NCBI RefSeq assembly: GCF_001194135.2
Contig: NC_068982.1
Coordinates: 136,079,030-136,124,520, forward strand
Direction: 5' to 3'
Source of the DNA: Octopus bimaculoides
Taxonomy: Eukaryota
DNA length: 45,491 nucleotides
Both the position numbers and the translations under genes were made by a program. Each line of letters starts with the position of its first letter. The stretch's first letter is position 1. The notes under the pieces are model-generated. The model was given only the letters and a program-made list of their open reading frames with translations, had not been told where the DNA came from and made no database searches. This document shows, piece after piece, positions 10,510 through 23,315 of this stretch.

Positions 10510-10886
10510 GGTAAGCACAATGCCTGAAGTTTCGTAGGAGTGATAGTGTCAATTACATCGACCTGAATGCTTGACAGTTACGTATTTTAACGTCCTCGAA
10601 AGGATGAAAGGCAAAGGCGAACTCAACGGATTTGAACTCAGGATGTAAAGACGGGCAAATGAGATATTGGTTTCGAATTTTGGTACAAAACCAGCAAAGT
10701 CGGACATGGAGTTTAATTCAATTACATTGATTTCAGTGTTCACTTGGTACTTATTTTATCGGCCCCGATATGACGTAAGGAAAATTCAATATCGCGAAAT
10801 TTGAACTTTGATCGATCGTAAAGACGGGTGAAATGCTGCTTAACATATTTCCCGGCCTGCAAACGACTCCACCAGTTCGCTACCTT
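10510..10886 (-). mobile_element. Two tandem degenerate SINE family C copies (about 10510-10668 and 10669-10886)
   Basis: GAAAGGATGAAAGGCAAAG..GATTTGAACTCAG and GGTACTTATTTTATCGGCCCC..ATTTGAACT..ACGACTCCACCAGTTCGC are reverse complements of the family core and head. Confidence 0.7.
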
Positions 10887-11334
10887 AAAAATGTGATAAA
10901 TATTAACTAAGAACTCTATTACTGAATTCAAGCCCTCTTATTAATGTTCATGTTACCCCTCAATGTTCTAGTTTCAAATCTCAAAAACATTTCCCAGAGA
11001 ATTTCCACTCATTTTGCGTCAAGAAATAGATAACTCAAACGTACAAAATTTATTTAAATCCATTTAATTTCCTACGCAATTCCATCCCACGTACTTACGT
11101 GAGAGAGTATTATTTAGATTAATAAGATTTAAATTATAGTTTATACTTTAGACAAGAATGATAAAAACTTCAAGCAGATTCCATGCAGACATTGTACGCG
11201 ACTTTAGATATTATTCAAAAGAATGTATAAGGTTTAGTCTGAAGAAATACGATGTAAAATATATTTCTATACATACATTGATATGTTTATTTAATACGGA
11301 GGATTAAACTATAAATTCATGACTAATAAAACTC

Positions 11335-11371
<37 letters not shown>

Positions 11372-11402
11372 ATATATATATGCACAAATATATATATATA
11401 CG

Positions 11403-11475
<73 letters not shown>

Positions 11476-11486
11476 NNNNNNNNNNG

Positions 11487-11638
11487 CTTAACAGAATTTC
11501 GCCCAGGTTTATGTTCTGAGTTCAAAGTCCATCCTTTCGAGGTTGATAAAATAAGTACCAGTTGAGCACAAGGATCGATGTTATTGACATGGCCCTTACT
11601 TCGAAATTGTCATCCTTGTCCCAAACTTTGAAATCAAT
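11487..11638 (+). mobile_element. SINE family C fragment next to a gap
   Basis: TTCTGAGTTCAAA..CATCCTTTCGAGGTTGATAAAATAAGTACCAGTTGAGCAC. Confidence 0.7.
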
Positions 11639-11736
11639 GCATGTAAATATGTGTACTATATATATAAATTTTTGCCTTATGAGGATTTTCACTTGATAAT
11701 TTCATGTAAAGTTTTTATCCTATTTTTAAATGATAC

Positions 11737-11771
<35 letters not shown>

Positions 11772-13399
11772 CGTGTGTGTGTATGTGTTTTGTGTGTGTG
11801 TGTGTATTCTAATATATAAATATAATAAGTATATTGAATTATATATATATATATACACATGCAATATATGTGAGTATGTAGGCATACATTATAGTTGATA
11901 GTTTTGGGAAAATCAATAGTTTGTGGTCTAATATATTTTCTTTATTACGTGGATAAATTGTATTACAAACTATTTGAAATCAAATACACTGTGTATGATA
12001 ATATGTTGTTGCCATGATGACTTCAAATGGAACTTACATAATTATAAATCTCATTACTGTGAAAGAAAATGAGATGAATGCTTAAGATCTCAGAAGTTAT
12101 GTAACTGGCACCACGTCAGGTACGATGAATACTTCTGTTTATGCGATCAACGAGACAGCTCTGATAGTGTGGCTCGATCTAAGTGCAACAGGAATTTAAT
12201 ATCCTTTAAATGTCATCTCGCCAGTTTTTAAATCAAGAGCGGCTCCATTTTCTGAGAAACCATAGGACATGTTGATACCAAGGAAGCCGTTCAGCTTGTC
12301 TCAGTCAGCTTATCCTTAGCACTATCAATTGCCATGTGCTACTCGTAATTTTAACAAACACAAATCGGCAACAATTAACCTTTTTCTTTCATGTCAACAT
12401 AATTTTAATTGTTAATCCAACGAATCGAGCTGATCACCACTTTAATTTTCCCTATTTGCTTTTAGTTACTTGAGTTTCCAGGGCTGATCCCAAGAATAAA
12501 TAATCCTAAGTTAATTGATTCCTCGTCACCTACGAACAATCAATGAGAAAAACTAATGACTTCAGTAATATGAAAATGACTGATTATATTTTTTAGGTTA
12601 TTATGATCGTTGAAGATTCTCTTTCCTTATTTAAACATTTTGATTTTACTCTTGTTATCATCAACACACAAAAGAGCACATTTAGAAATGATTTTTAGCT
12701 GAACTCAGGCTTCAAAAAAAAATATTATCTGCTGCTAATGTTAACTATACACATGAGTTAGAAGATGAAGGAAAGTGAAATATCTATTTCTGATGAAAGG
12801 AAAAAATTGCATTCTGGTTCACTTACACTTCTCCTCATGCTTTTAACACTCATTTCTTTTCCAAACAATTCTCTTGGTTTAAACAAAATTTCAAAAGGAA
12901 TATCATGAATTTGGACTCTATTTTCAATCTGTGACCAACGATGCGCATGCCAATTGTAAAATGGCATTTTCAGCGAATTATTAAGGAAAATGTTCACGGT
13001 GAAATAAAAGACAATTATTGATTTTTTACATCATCAGAAACTCTCATATGTATTACAGAAGCCAACTGGAGTATTGTAACTAATCTGAATCCGAGTGCAA
13101 AAATTTGCTGCAGTTGAGAATCGTTATCCATCTGTTATTAGATCACATAGCGCAATTGATGTTGATTCGATCTCAATAGCAGCAATAATCTTTTACGTAA
13201 ATTGTTATAAAAACTTTATACTTTGTCTACTGAAATGTTAATATAGTTGGAGTCTAAGCTTATGTTAAATGTATGAACATTAATACGTTCTCTTTATATG
13301 ACACATTAAATGTTCCAATCAGTGAAGGCGAGCGACAATTTAATATCTATCTCTCTATCTATCTGTTTGTCTGTCTGTCTCTGTCTCTCACGATTTGTC

Positions 13400-13442
<43 letters not shown>

Positions 13443-13680
13443 TAATATCTTAATAATAATGGAGGGTAAAATCAATAATGATTTAACCATGTAGCCAGTG
13501 TGGACATAAAAACCTTTTAGGTAAATTTTACAAATTATTTTATAACTACATACATAATTATAACAGGAGGTCAGCTTAATGCCTCACCACGCACTGCTAG
13601 AAATAGACGTTAGTCTTTTTTACTACCTTAGTATCTCCGAAAATAACACGCGTATTGTAGGCAAGTAAAAGAAAAATAAT

Positions 13681-14092
13681 GTGGCTGTGTGGAAAGTAGC
13701 TTGCTTACCAACCACATGGTTCCGGGTTCAGTCCCACTGCGTGGTACCTTGGGCAAGTGTCTTCTACTATAACCTCGGGCCGACTAAAGCCTTGTGAGTG
13801 GATTTGGTAGACGAAAACTGAAAGAAGCATGTCGTATATATGTATATATATATATATATATGTATGTGTGTATGTGCGTGTTTCTGTGTCTGTGTTTGTC
13901 CCCCCAACATCGCTTGACAACCGATGCTGGTGTGTTTACGTCCCCGTAACTTAGCGGTTCGGCAAAAGAGACCGATAGAATAAGTACTAGGCTTCCAAAG
14001 AATAAGTCCTGGGGTGGATTTGCTCGACTAAAGGCGGTGCTCCAGCATGGCCGCAGTCAAATGACTGAAACAAGTAAAAGAGTAAAAGAATA
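13681..14092 (+). mobile_element. tRNA-derived SINE, family A (full length)
   Basis: GTGGCTGTGTGG..GGGTTCAGTCCC head, internal TA/TG tract and a (GTAAAAGA)2 tail. Confidence 0.93.
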
Positions 14093-14110
14093 ATCAATCT
14101 TGGTTGGTTA

Positions 14111-14174
14111 ACCGTGGACGCGTTTCGAACGAAAAGTAAAAGTAATTTTACTTACAGTTACTCTTCAGCACGGT
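14111..14174 (-). ncRNA. Type I hammerhead ribozyme motif (PLE-like, palindromic stem III)
   Basis: Minus strand: ACCGTG-CTGAAGA-G..(stem II)..C-GAAA-CGCG-TC/CACGGT. Stem I is a perfect 6 bp, stem III is the palindrome ACGCGT, and the GUC cleavage site falls between 14117 and 14116. Confidence 0.85.
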
Positions 14175-14275
14175 ATTCCTTATTAGTATAAATTCGCGAA
14201 CTTATACTCATAAGGAATACTGTGCTGTAGAGTTAGAGTAAGTACAATTATTGTACAGACGTTTACATTTCGTTC
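14122..14275. repeat. Head-to-head inverted repeat centred at 14196/14197
   Basis: 14149-14196 vs 14197-14244 pair at 41 of 48 positions with no spacer; weaker homology extends to about 14122 and 14275. Confidence 0.9.
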
Positions 14276-15519
14276 TAGGCGCTAATATATTAGCGAATTG
14301 TATTCAAGTATCTTTGTCAATACAGAATCAAGGAAGAAGCCCTTTAAGTGCCCAATCAACCTGTTGGAATTTCCAATCAACTGGAATGTATGAATTGTGT
14401 CAGTTATTGCAATTTGCAGTCCTATAAGCTTTAATAGACATTGTAGTACCATTAAAGAATACCCCCATTAGTTCTAGTCTCACCAGTTGTTGAACACATA
14501 AATTCTTTTTAATCTTCCTTGTCAGTATAATCAAACATATCTTCAAGATTATGTTTACGTAGGTGTTTATTTGAACGGCTGCTTTACGAAATTCTGCTCA
14601 GTATACAGGATATATTTACCTTATCAGTTTCTCCTCATTAAAAGTATAGACAGACAATATGTGGTCTATCATTTAAATTATGTAAAGTAAAACAGTAATG
14701 TTTATAAAGAAATACAATACGAAAAACAGAATACAATGACTGAGAAAGAATTATGCGATATAAACATTTTCAGTGACATATCCTGCTATTTTAAATTGCT
14801 TAACGTGTCATGATAATGATAAAGTATCTGATTTGATGTAAAGAATTCATTTAAAAATAATTGCGACATTATATTTAGCTTTTATGGCTGATATCTGACA
14901 TGTCAAGAATGACAATATATCTCTGGAAAGATAAAGTAAATTGAAACATTTTACGTAGGAAAATAACAATTAACTACTTATCGCTACTATTTGCGAAAGC
15001 TAATTATTACTTAATATAATATTTTTTGCAAACACACATGCCAGTAAATTAAGTATGTCCATAAAAACTTATATAAAAAAAACACAAACATATAGCCACA
15101 CTTTATGAATGAACACTTAAAATATTTATATGTGCATCAGAACTTCTTTCATCACTAAAGTGTATTGACAATAGTGAATTCGTATGATTTCATTAAGAAA
15201 TTGTCCCATCATCTTTCAATAACGAAACTTCCTGATATTTTTGGCTTGAATTCAATATAAGTATGGAAGTATGGCTTCAAATTGCACGTTTCTGGTATGT
15301 AATAATGATTTGAGATAATGTGTTGTCTAATTTACGTACATAACAGCTTTTAGGGTCATCAATTACTTCATTGTATTTTGAAGTGTGTCTTTCTCTCACA
15401 GAAGATCTACATTTTTATCGGATGACGCGTATGACTTAAGAATTTTTCATAATAGTAACGTTATGAATTATAGGTTCTAGCAAGCCCATAACTGAATCGT
15501 TGCATTTTCGAAGGCGATA

Positions 15520-15790
15520 GACTTCGACTAAGGTCGATTAGTAGCCCTAAGACGCATAAGGCCGAATGTTAACCTGATTTCTACGGTGTATATGTGAATG
15601 ACATTATTATACTTCCCTCCTGAACGGTACGCCGGTCTGTCGCAGGGTTAATTTCCCCACTTGCTGGAAGTCTTTAACAGCTCAGCAGATTCGAGTAAAT
15701 GTTTTGCTCAAAAACACAATGCATTGGAATCGAAACCATGACCTTGTAATCATGAGTACAACAAACACATCATTAGGCCATGCGCCTTTA
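15520..15790 (-). mobile_element. Degenerate tRNA-derived SINE, family E (D-like head, different body)
   Basis: TGTTTTGCTCAAAAACACAATGC..GGAATCGAAACCATGACC..TAGGCCATGCGCCTT is the reverse complement of a D-type head; it shares GACGCCAGT/ACGCCGGT..TCGCAG with 45245-45428. Confidence 0.6.
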
Positions 15791-15937
15791 CGGTGGTGAC
15801 AGAAAAGGAAGATTATCGCTCGGAGGAATTAGCTCTGAAAGAGTAAATAAAGCAAGGTAAGACAAAGATTTATCAGTCAATATGGCGATGTTTGTAGCTT
15901 TGCTTGCGAATATCGGATTGTAAATACAGACTGTTTT

Positions 15938-16012
15938 CCTTCTTCTTCTTCTTCTTCTTCTTCTTCTTCTTCTTCTTCTTCTTCTTCTTCTTCTTCTTCT
16001 TCTTCTTCTTCT
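15938..16012. repeat. (TTC)n microsatellite
   Basis: Seen directly; source of the spurious poly-E ORF 15877-16059. Confidence 0.97.
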
Positions 16013-16523
16013 CCTTCTCTATTCCTCTCCCTCGTCTTGATACACATATACACAGACATGCGTACGGTATTTTATAAAACTAACTCACAGTACCGGAATG
16101 AAACATATCAGCTACAAGTGATATGTCAAATGAACAGCTACAGATTTTATCGCTGTGCAATTAATTTTGCATTTTCGCTCTCGAACGCCCTTCCAAAATT
16201 CTTGAACTCTTGATTTCGGCTGACTTCATTTGTGTATGTATGTATGTATGTATGTACACACAGACACACTCACACATATATACAAATAAAGAAATTGTAT
16301 ATCCAACAATACGGTGTATATTTGTATGCATGAATGTGCAATAGATTGTCAGCTAATTATAAGCTTGCAGTGTCTCGCTCTGTGATTATTCTACTCCTGT
16401 GCTTCATGTAGTTACCGCCAATGAGCAGTTTCATACCATGTACATTTGTCTCTTTCGATAGGAAACGACTGGAAGTCGAATACATATGCAATGCACGTGT
16501 CTACATGCATACATTACAAATAT

Positions 16524-16558
<35 letters not shown>

Positions 16559-16580
16559 ACACACGCACACACACATACAC

Positions 16581-16715
16581 GTACGACGAGCTTCTTTCAG
16601 TTTCCGTCTACAAAATACACTCACAAGGCTTTATTAGGCTCGAAATTATAGCAGAAACTACTTGCTCAGGTTGCCAGGCGGTGAGATTGACGTCGGAACC
16701 ATGTGGTTAGGAAAT
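16581..16715 (-). mobile_element. SINE family A head fragment
   Basis: ACGACGAGCTTCTTTCAGTTTCCGTCTAC..CTCACAAGGCTTT..GGAACCATGTGGTT matches 4441-4566. Confidence 0.8.
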
Positions 16716-16876
16716 ATAATTTATGCATAAATATATTAGTGTTCGTCTGTTTTGTGTTGAGTTATAATAAAAGCATTACTCTAATTACTAATAATTATAA
16801 AGAATACATATTTACTACATATTTACAAGAAGTGGGGATGATAATGACTTCGAAGTTTCGGCTAGCAGGCTGACAC

Positions 16877-16986
16877 AGGTTCAGTCCCACTGCGTGGCAT
16901 CTTGGGCAAGTGCCTTCTACTATAGCATCGGGCTGGCTAAAGTCTTGTGAGTGGATTTGATAGAGGGAAACTGGAAGAAGCCCGTC

Positions 16987-17042
<56 letters not shown>

Positions 17043-17312
17043 ATATATATATATATATATATACATATGTATGTGTGTGTGTCTGTATGTGTGTGTGTGT
17101 ATCTTTGTGCGTCTGTGATTGCCCCCCACCAGCGCTTGACAACCGATGTTGGTGTGTTCACGTGCCCGTAACTTAGCAGTTCGGCATAAGAGATCGATAG
17201 AATAAGCAGCAGGTTCACAAAGACTAATTCCTGGGCTCGATTTGTTCGACTAAAGGCGCATAGCCGCAGTCAAATGACTGAAATATGAAAGAATAACAGA
17301 ATAAAAGAATAT
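16877..17312 (+). mobile_element. SINE family A, slightly 5'-truncated
   Basis: Begins at the B-box GGTTCAGTCCCACTGCGTGG and is collinear with 13725-14092. Confidence 0.9.
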
Positions 17313-17328
17313 GCGTATGCATGAATGT

Positions 17329-17460
17329 GAACAGCCTAGTGGGTAGGGTGTAAAACTCATGATCAAAAAGCTTTAAGTTCCAATCCGGAAACTGTCAAAT
17401 GTCTTACGTCCTTGTGCAAAGTAGTTCATGTTTTACCCGGTCTACTCAGTTGAAAATCAT
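17329..17460 (+). mobile_element. Degenerate D-type SINE head
   Basis: GCCTAGTGGGTAGGG..AAGTTCCAATCC..GTCCTTGTGCAAAG..CGGTCTACTCAG. Confidence 0.5.
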
Positions 17461-18639
17461 TACAGTCGACTGATGGCACACCTATGTGACTTTCTCTCCA
17501 GCGGTCACTTTCCCGATGTTCTACCGGATCGGGAATGAGAGGATCACAGTGTTTCTGAGTATCCTCATGATTGCATAAGTGCCATAAACAATTAGCGAAA
17601 GCTTGGTAGAAGTCACCAGATGATATTCACTTGCGAGTGACGTCTTAGCTTGATTGAACTCTAGAATGGGTAGACGTATTCACAATAATTTCTTTAATTT
17701 TCGCTGCGCAGAGACGAATATATTTATTGGCTTACGAATAAGATTGTTTAATGTCATACAGCATTGCTTACGGCTCATAAAATACTTTGGTTCTTATATG
17801 TCCTTGACGTCGAATACCACTCCCGTTGTTTCGTCTCTTTCTTTTTATGGGATCAATAAAATATGATATACAATTGAAATGGAGTCTACTTAGTTCTTTG
17901 AAAATGTAACTGATCAATATAGGAAGTTGATATTTTGCTGTCACAAGAACGATATTTGTACCAAACAAATAAAATATGATTTCGGAAAAAGAAAATGATA
18001 TTTGTCATGGGTTATTTATTCCTAGTAAGCTTTTCAAATGCTGTTATCAAGTTACCTATTAATTTCCATGCAGCTAGTGCCAGTGAAATCTTTTAATTGC
18101 TAGAGAATCATAATAATTTTTTTTCTATACTCAGCATGTTTCCTACTGCTTCCGCACCAAAAATTATATGAATGCTATTTCAGCAAGTATAGTACAGTGG
18201 TGAAAGGATAATTTTTTACGAGGTCAGAATAAGAAAGAAACATTTCCGTGGTTTTCTCCCGCACTTGCAAGAAAATTTTAAATGTTTTACTCGTTGACCG
18301 ATATTTTGTCTCCCCGCCGAATATTTATTCCGGATTATGTTTATTGCATTATGTTTAATCATCAATTTACAAAATCTCCTGATGAACCGAGATAAAATCC
18401 ATCTCATGATGTTTATAAGAGTAACAAGCAAGATCATTGACGCTAATCTGCGTCTACGTTCAAAATTCACATCTAATAAATGTTAGGTGAGACTAACTCT
18501 ATGTTAGTCTCACCTACCAAACATTTTGTTGTACTGAAATATACTTTGTAAACTATATGTACCGAGTTTGGTTTTTCAATGACTTTAGAATATAATTGTT
18601 TCGAATGTAAGAACAATAGGAGCAATTCTAAGAGTAGGT

Positions 18640-18815
18640 TGATGTTCTTTGATTGAATTCAGCTCAGTAATTACTCGGTACTGCAGTTTCTATACTCCGA
18701 ATCGATGAATGGTACAATTGACCCCGGTAGGATTTGAACATAGAAAGTATAAAACTGAACTAAATGCTCCACGGCAATGTTTCGACGCTCAAACGATTCT
18801 ACCAGTTGCCTGCAT
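18640..18815 (-). mobile_element. Degenerate SINE family C copy
   Basis: GATGAATGG..GACCCCGGTAGGATTTGAAC..AAACGATTCTACCAGTTGCC is the reverse complement of the head and core. Confidence 0.6.
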
Positions 18816-19880
18816 TAATTGCTTAGAATATACGAGTGGCATTAGAAGAAAAGTAAGATTTTCAATTTATAAATACTTCATCTAAAGTAAAGTTGCCATG
18901 TATATAGCAAAAAAAAAAAAAAAAAAAAAAAAGAAATCATGAAAATACAAAACGAAATCGATGCATAAAATTCTTCAGAAAATATTTAACTCAATCATTT
19001 TCATTCCAGCATCATCAAAAACCCATTTACTTTGCATAATCTATAGAGTCTCTCTGCCTAGTCAAAACTGTCAGCTCTTATAATACTTCTTATAATTCTT
19101 ATAGTCGCGTACATGAAGTTGTTCTGCAATCTGTTTTAAATAAAGGCGCGCATATGCAGTTATTTTGCATAAAGAGGGTGTCATAAACTACCTTCGAAAA
19201 TATGAAAATATCGAAAAAATATCAGGATAACTTTTTGGAAAACAGATAAACAAATATAATTTTATTACAAACATATAAACACTTGTACATGGGCTCCATT
19301 GGTTGCACGCAACCTGCTGAATGAGTCATGTAAAGGTAGATTATGGACATCTTGTTTTTTTGTTATGGTTCATTGCTACGATGTAAAGTAATTATAATAG
19401 AAGTTAGTCCTGTTAATGAATTATAGGTAGGCACGTATTTCATTGATAGTCATTAGCATATATTGGGTGATATAACCATGGTACTTTTTTAAATATATTT
19501 ATTCCAATATTAATGTCGATGACGTTGTTGGAGGGGAAAGTTAGAATGGTGTGGTTTTTACTACGTTCTAGAAGACATTATCTACAAAGTGAAATGATGT
19601 GATCTTGCCCCAGAATTGAAACCACCATACAAGGTCGTCTTATAAGGAGCTCGTATATTATTCTAATTCACTCACCCCGGCTCCTTTAATATCGATTTCT
19701 TCAGACGTAACACAAATGGTTTGGTAAAAATAGGAATATTTCTAATATTAGTCACTTCTCGTGCAATTGCTTCCTCTGGCTCAGTGAGCTCAAACGGTTT
19801 GATTTGATTTCGAATTCTACTGGTTTAAAACTTTTGTTACATGGTCATTCTTTTTGCCAAGCAACATTTTGTATGGAGAA

Positions 19881-20107
19881 GGCGGCGATCTGGCAGAAAT
19901 GTTTAAACGCCGGGCGAAATGCTTAGCGGTTATTTCATCTGCCGCTACGTGCTGAGTTCAAATTCCGCCGAGGTCGACTTTGCCTTTCATCCTTTCGGGG
20001 TCGATTAAATAAATACCAGTTACGCACTGGAAATCGACTTAATCCCTTTGCCTGCCCTTGTTTGTCCCCTCTATGTTTAGACCCCTGTGGGCAATAAAGA
20101 AATAAAT
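19881..20107 (+). mobile_element. tRNA-derived SINE, family B, with 15-bp TSD
   Basis: GGCGGCGATCTGGCAGAA head and GAGTTCAAATTCC B-box; TSD ATTTTGTATGGAGAA at 19866-19880 and 20108-20122. Confidence 0.93.
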
Positions 20108-22905
20108 ATTTTGTATGGAGAACTAAAGTTGAGTCCATTAAACGAACTGAATATACAGATAATTGTTTTATCGATTTGTGAAAGTTGCATAATAATGTGA
20201 TCTAGACGTCAATTTAGAATATTCAAGTACTCTTTTAATCGTTTCATATATCACTTTTTAACTTACGTTGTACGTAATAGATATTATTTCTCTTTATTTC
20301 TGTATAAAACATTGGCATTGATGTAAACGATATTCTACTTATTTATCGCAAACTTAGCAAGCAGGAGATTTCAATTGTTCATGATCAACAACTAGACGAA
20401 CGAAGCAAATAGACTTCTTTTGCTCTGAAAAATAGAGAATCACAAACACATATAACGGTATTGGATTCTTGAAACCTGAATAAATAGACAAATGACTTTG
20501 GGTGATATTATTACTAGAACTGTTATTTATAGTATAGAAATCAACCACCTTAAATTGTTAAATAATATTTCAAACTATAAACGCTATATTCGAATATATA
20601 GTCCTAGACGCTATGTCTGAAACAAATACGAGATGTTGAAGGCTGATATTATATTTGCTCATACGTCAGTATTATCAGGACTTATCAGGGCTTACAGAAA
20701 CAATAACTTCATCAACAACACAATACACGATATATCAGTAAATACCAAGGTTCATTTAAATGATTGATTGAAATTAGCTTCAGCTTTTTTGAATTAAAAT
20801 GAGGATGAAATCATTGTCACTTCCTAGGTCCTATTTAATCTGACACAAGTTTTGAGGTGGCCGGCAAATAATTCCCCAAACTTAAGTAAATTGCGGATAT
20901 GTAAAATTCATTGTAGCTCACTTTACACGCTCGTCAAACTGCATTGAACTCAACATATACCAACTCCAATTGCCATTCCTGTTAGCATCCAACATGAACT
21001 CAACCAGTGACGTAAAAGAAACTGCCTGTAACTAAATATCATATTGAGCATATTTTTGGACAATCATCTCCATACATTTTCTCACCCTTAATTATAACTA
21101 ATGCTTTCATTGTACAACAGCCACTGACAATACTGTTTAATAACGATTGAAAATAGGAATTTGTAAGCTTCTTTCCAAAGTCATTAGTAGCGTATTCAAA
21201 ATAAGCCAGCATCTCTCGAGAACCGAATCCTCTTTCATCGCCGACACAAAACACATTTGGATTACTTTGTGCTCACAAATTATTGAGGCATTTTAAAAGT
21301 TGGTTTCGTTTCATGAGCAATACCTCAATTTAATTTATGCCTCTTAGGATCACGTTTGCCATGCATATGTAACTAGATCATTTCTACTGAGAATTGAAAC
21401 TGGACCGTGTATTCGATTTAGACCGATATTAAATCAAATGGCACGGCACATCAAACGAATTAATTAGTCATATTTTTAGGCAAAATTTCTCTCATTAATT
21501 CTGATTTCCTATTTTACATTAATATTTGTTTAGATATAAGTGTGAAATAATGGGTTGATTTATTACTATTTTGCTTTCAGCTTTTCATTCTCCTGTACGC
21601 GTCTATTATTCTGATAAATTCTTAATGAAACAACATTACGTAAATTACGTCTGATACATAATATAACAATAAATCTGTCATGTGATCAATATTTTATAAA
21701 TTAGATATTTTTCTGTGCCATGAAAAGAGGTCACTTCTGAGATTTTCAGTAGGAATCATTTTCGAAAATATCAGAACGTCAGAACGAAACTCGGGTCTAG
21801 AAGGCTGTAAAAATGTCTTCTAATTTTTGTTTGTTGATTTAGGGATGAAACACTCTATGAAACTTAATATCTATAATCTACGCTGTTATACGTAAACACA
21901 CACATTTTTTATGAATTGTATTTATTAGTTTGTTTTTCTTTTGATGCTCACTAATTTCCTCGGATTCGGTATAATTATCCATTTTACAGTCAATAAATCC
22001 AAGAAGGAGGGAGAATACCATAAATATTAGAGTACCACCCTAAGTGAATTGTGTTTATAGTAACAAGCTTTTTACACTTTCGGTTAACCTGTATGGCGGA
22101 TGGCGCCGACTTAGCCTTTCATTCTTCTGAGGTCCAGAAAACAACTATGCCCAATTTAATTCAGATTTCTTGGTACAGTATTTTAATTTTTTTTGTCAAT
22201 TAGAAATCAGATTTGAAGTAGATGCATTTATGGTCAAGAGGTTAAAAAGTACGGAATCATTTGGTTTTGTATTCGATACCATTTCGTGGTTTCATAGATA
22301 AATGTCATTCACGAGAGTTTAGTCTCAGTTCCTACCTTTGAGTGAAACTGGGAAGTGGGTAGCTGCATGGGATTTCATAAGACAAATTGTGCCCTTAACT
22401 CAAAGTTGCACTTGTATTATTTTGTCCCTCTGATTGGGCATGAATCATTTAGTGTATTCGTATCGGTGGAATACTCAACTCCTCACGCTTTATTTCAACG
22501 AGTGAGACGATAGTCTAGTGACTGAATGCTCATCGCCAGAATCGACGGCAGAACAAGTTATCGTCTGTATAACGTTATTTGTCTTAATCTTCAGAACCTA
22601 CATACATCCCGTATCTTAGTAACTGGCGAAAATGAGGAATGTGTGATTATCTATTTTTATTGAAGGCAATTAGAATTGCTAATAAAACAGAACGAAAGGG
22701 CCTGAAGCGTCACGTGATTCGCTTAAGATAATTATTATAATCCTACATATAAACATTTATTTTCAATTTATGACACACATTTATAGGATAATGTTCAAGG
22801 ATAAAACTGATTGCCTGAAGGTATCTTGTCCTGTTCCACTACCGACTTTGCAGTTTGGCCATCTTCCACCTATATGAATATTAATTTTGTTTCTTTCAGT
22901 TCCTA

Positions 22906-22945
<40 letters not shown>

Positions 22946-23315
22946 CTAAAGGAAACTATATATATATATATACACACAGAGAATGATAAGAAAAAAAAAG
23001 ACAGCCAGATCTAATGAAGCTATCCTTATTTATATACAGATATAAAAAGTCTGATTTATCCAAAGGAAACGGTACAATATTGCTTAATTTCTTTTGTCAG
23101 GATGTTTTAGTGCATGTGTATGTATGAGGACAGGGCATTGTGAACAACAACACACAGAAAAAGAAATACAAGGACATAAGTATCATTCTGTCTGATTTCC
23201 TAAGGAAAATTCAAACTCTCTCAATCTTTCTATAAAGATAACACCGTTATTTCTGATTAATTCGTCTATCATTGTACATCGCCAAGAATTTGCTTCCTAC
23301 ACACACACACGGATA

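Noticed and set aside
12765-12908. 47-aa ORF with a hydrophobic, signal-peptide-like stretch (LTLLLMLLTLISF)
   Set aside because: Short, with no good splice donor and no recognisable domain; expected by chance in AT-rich DNA.
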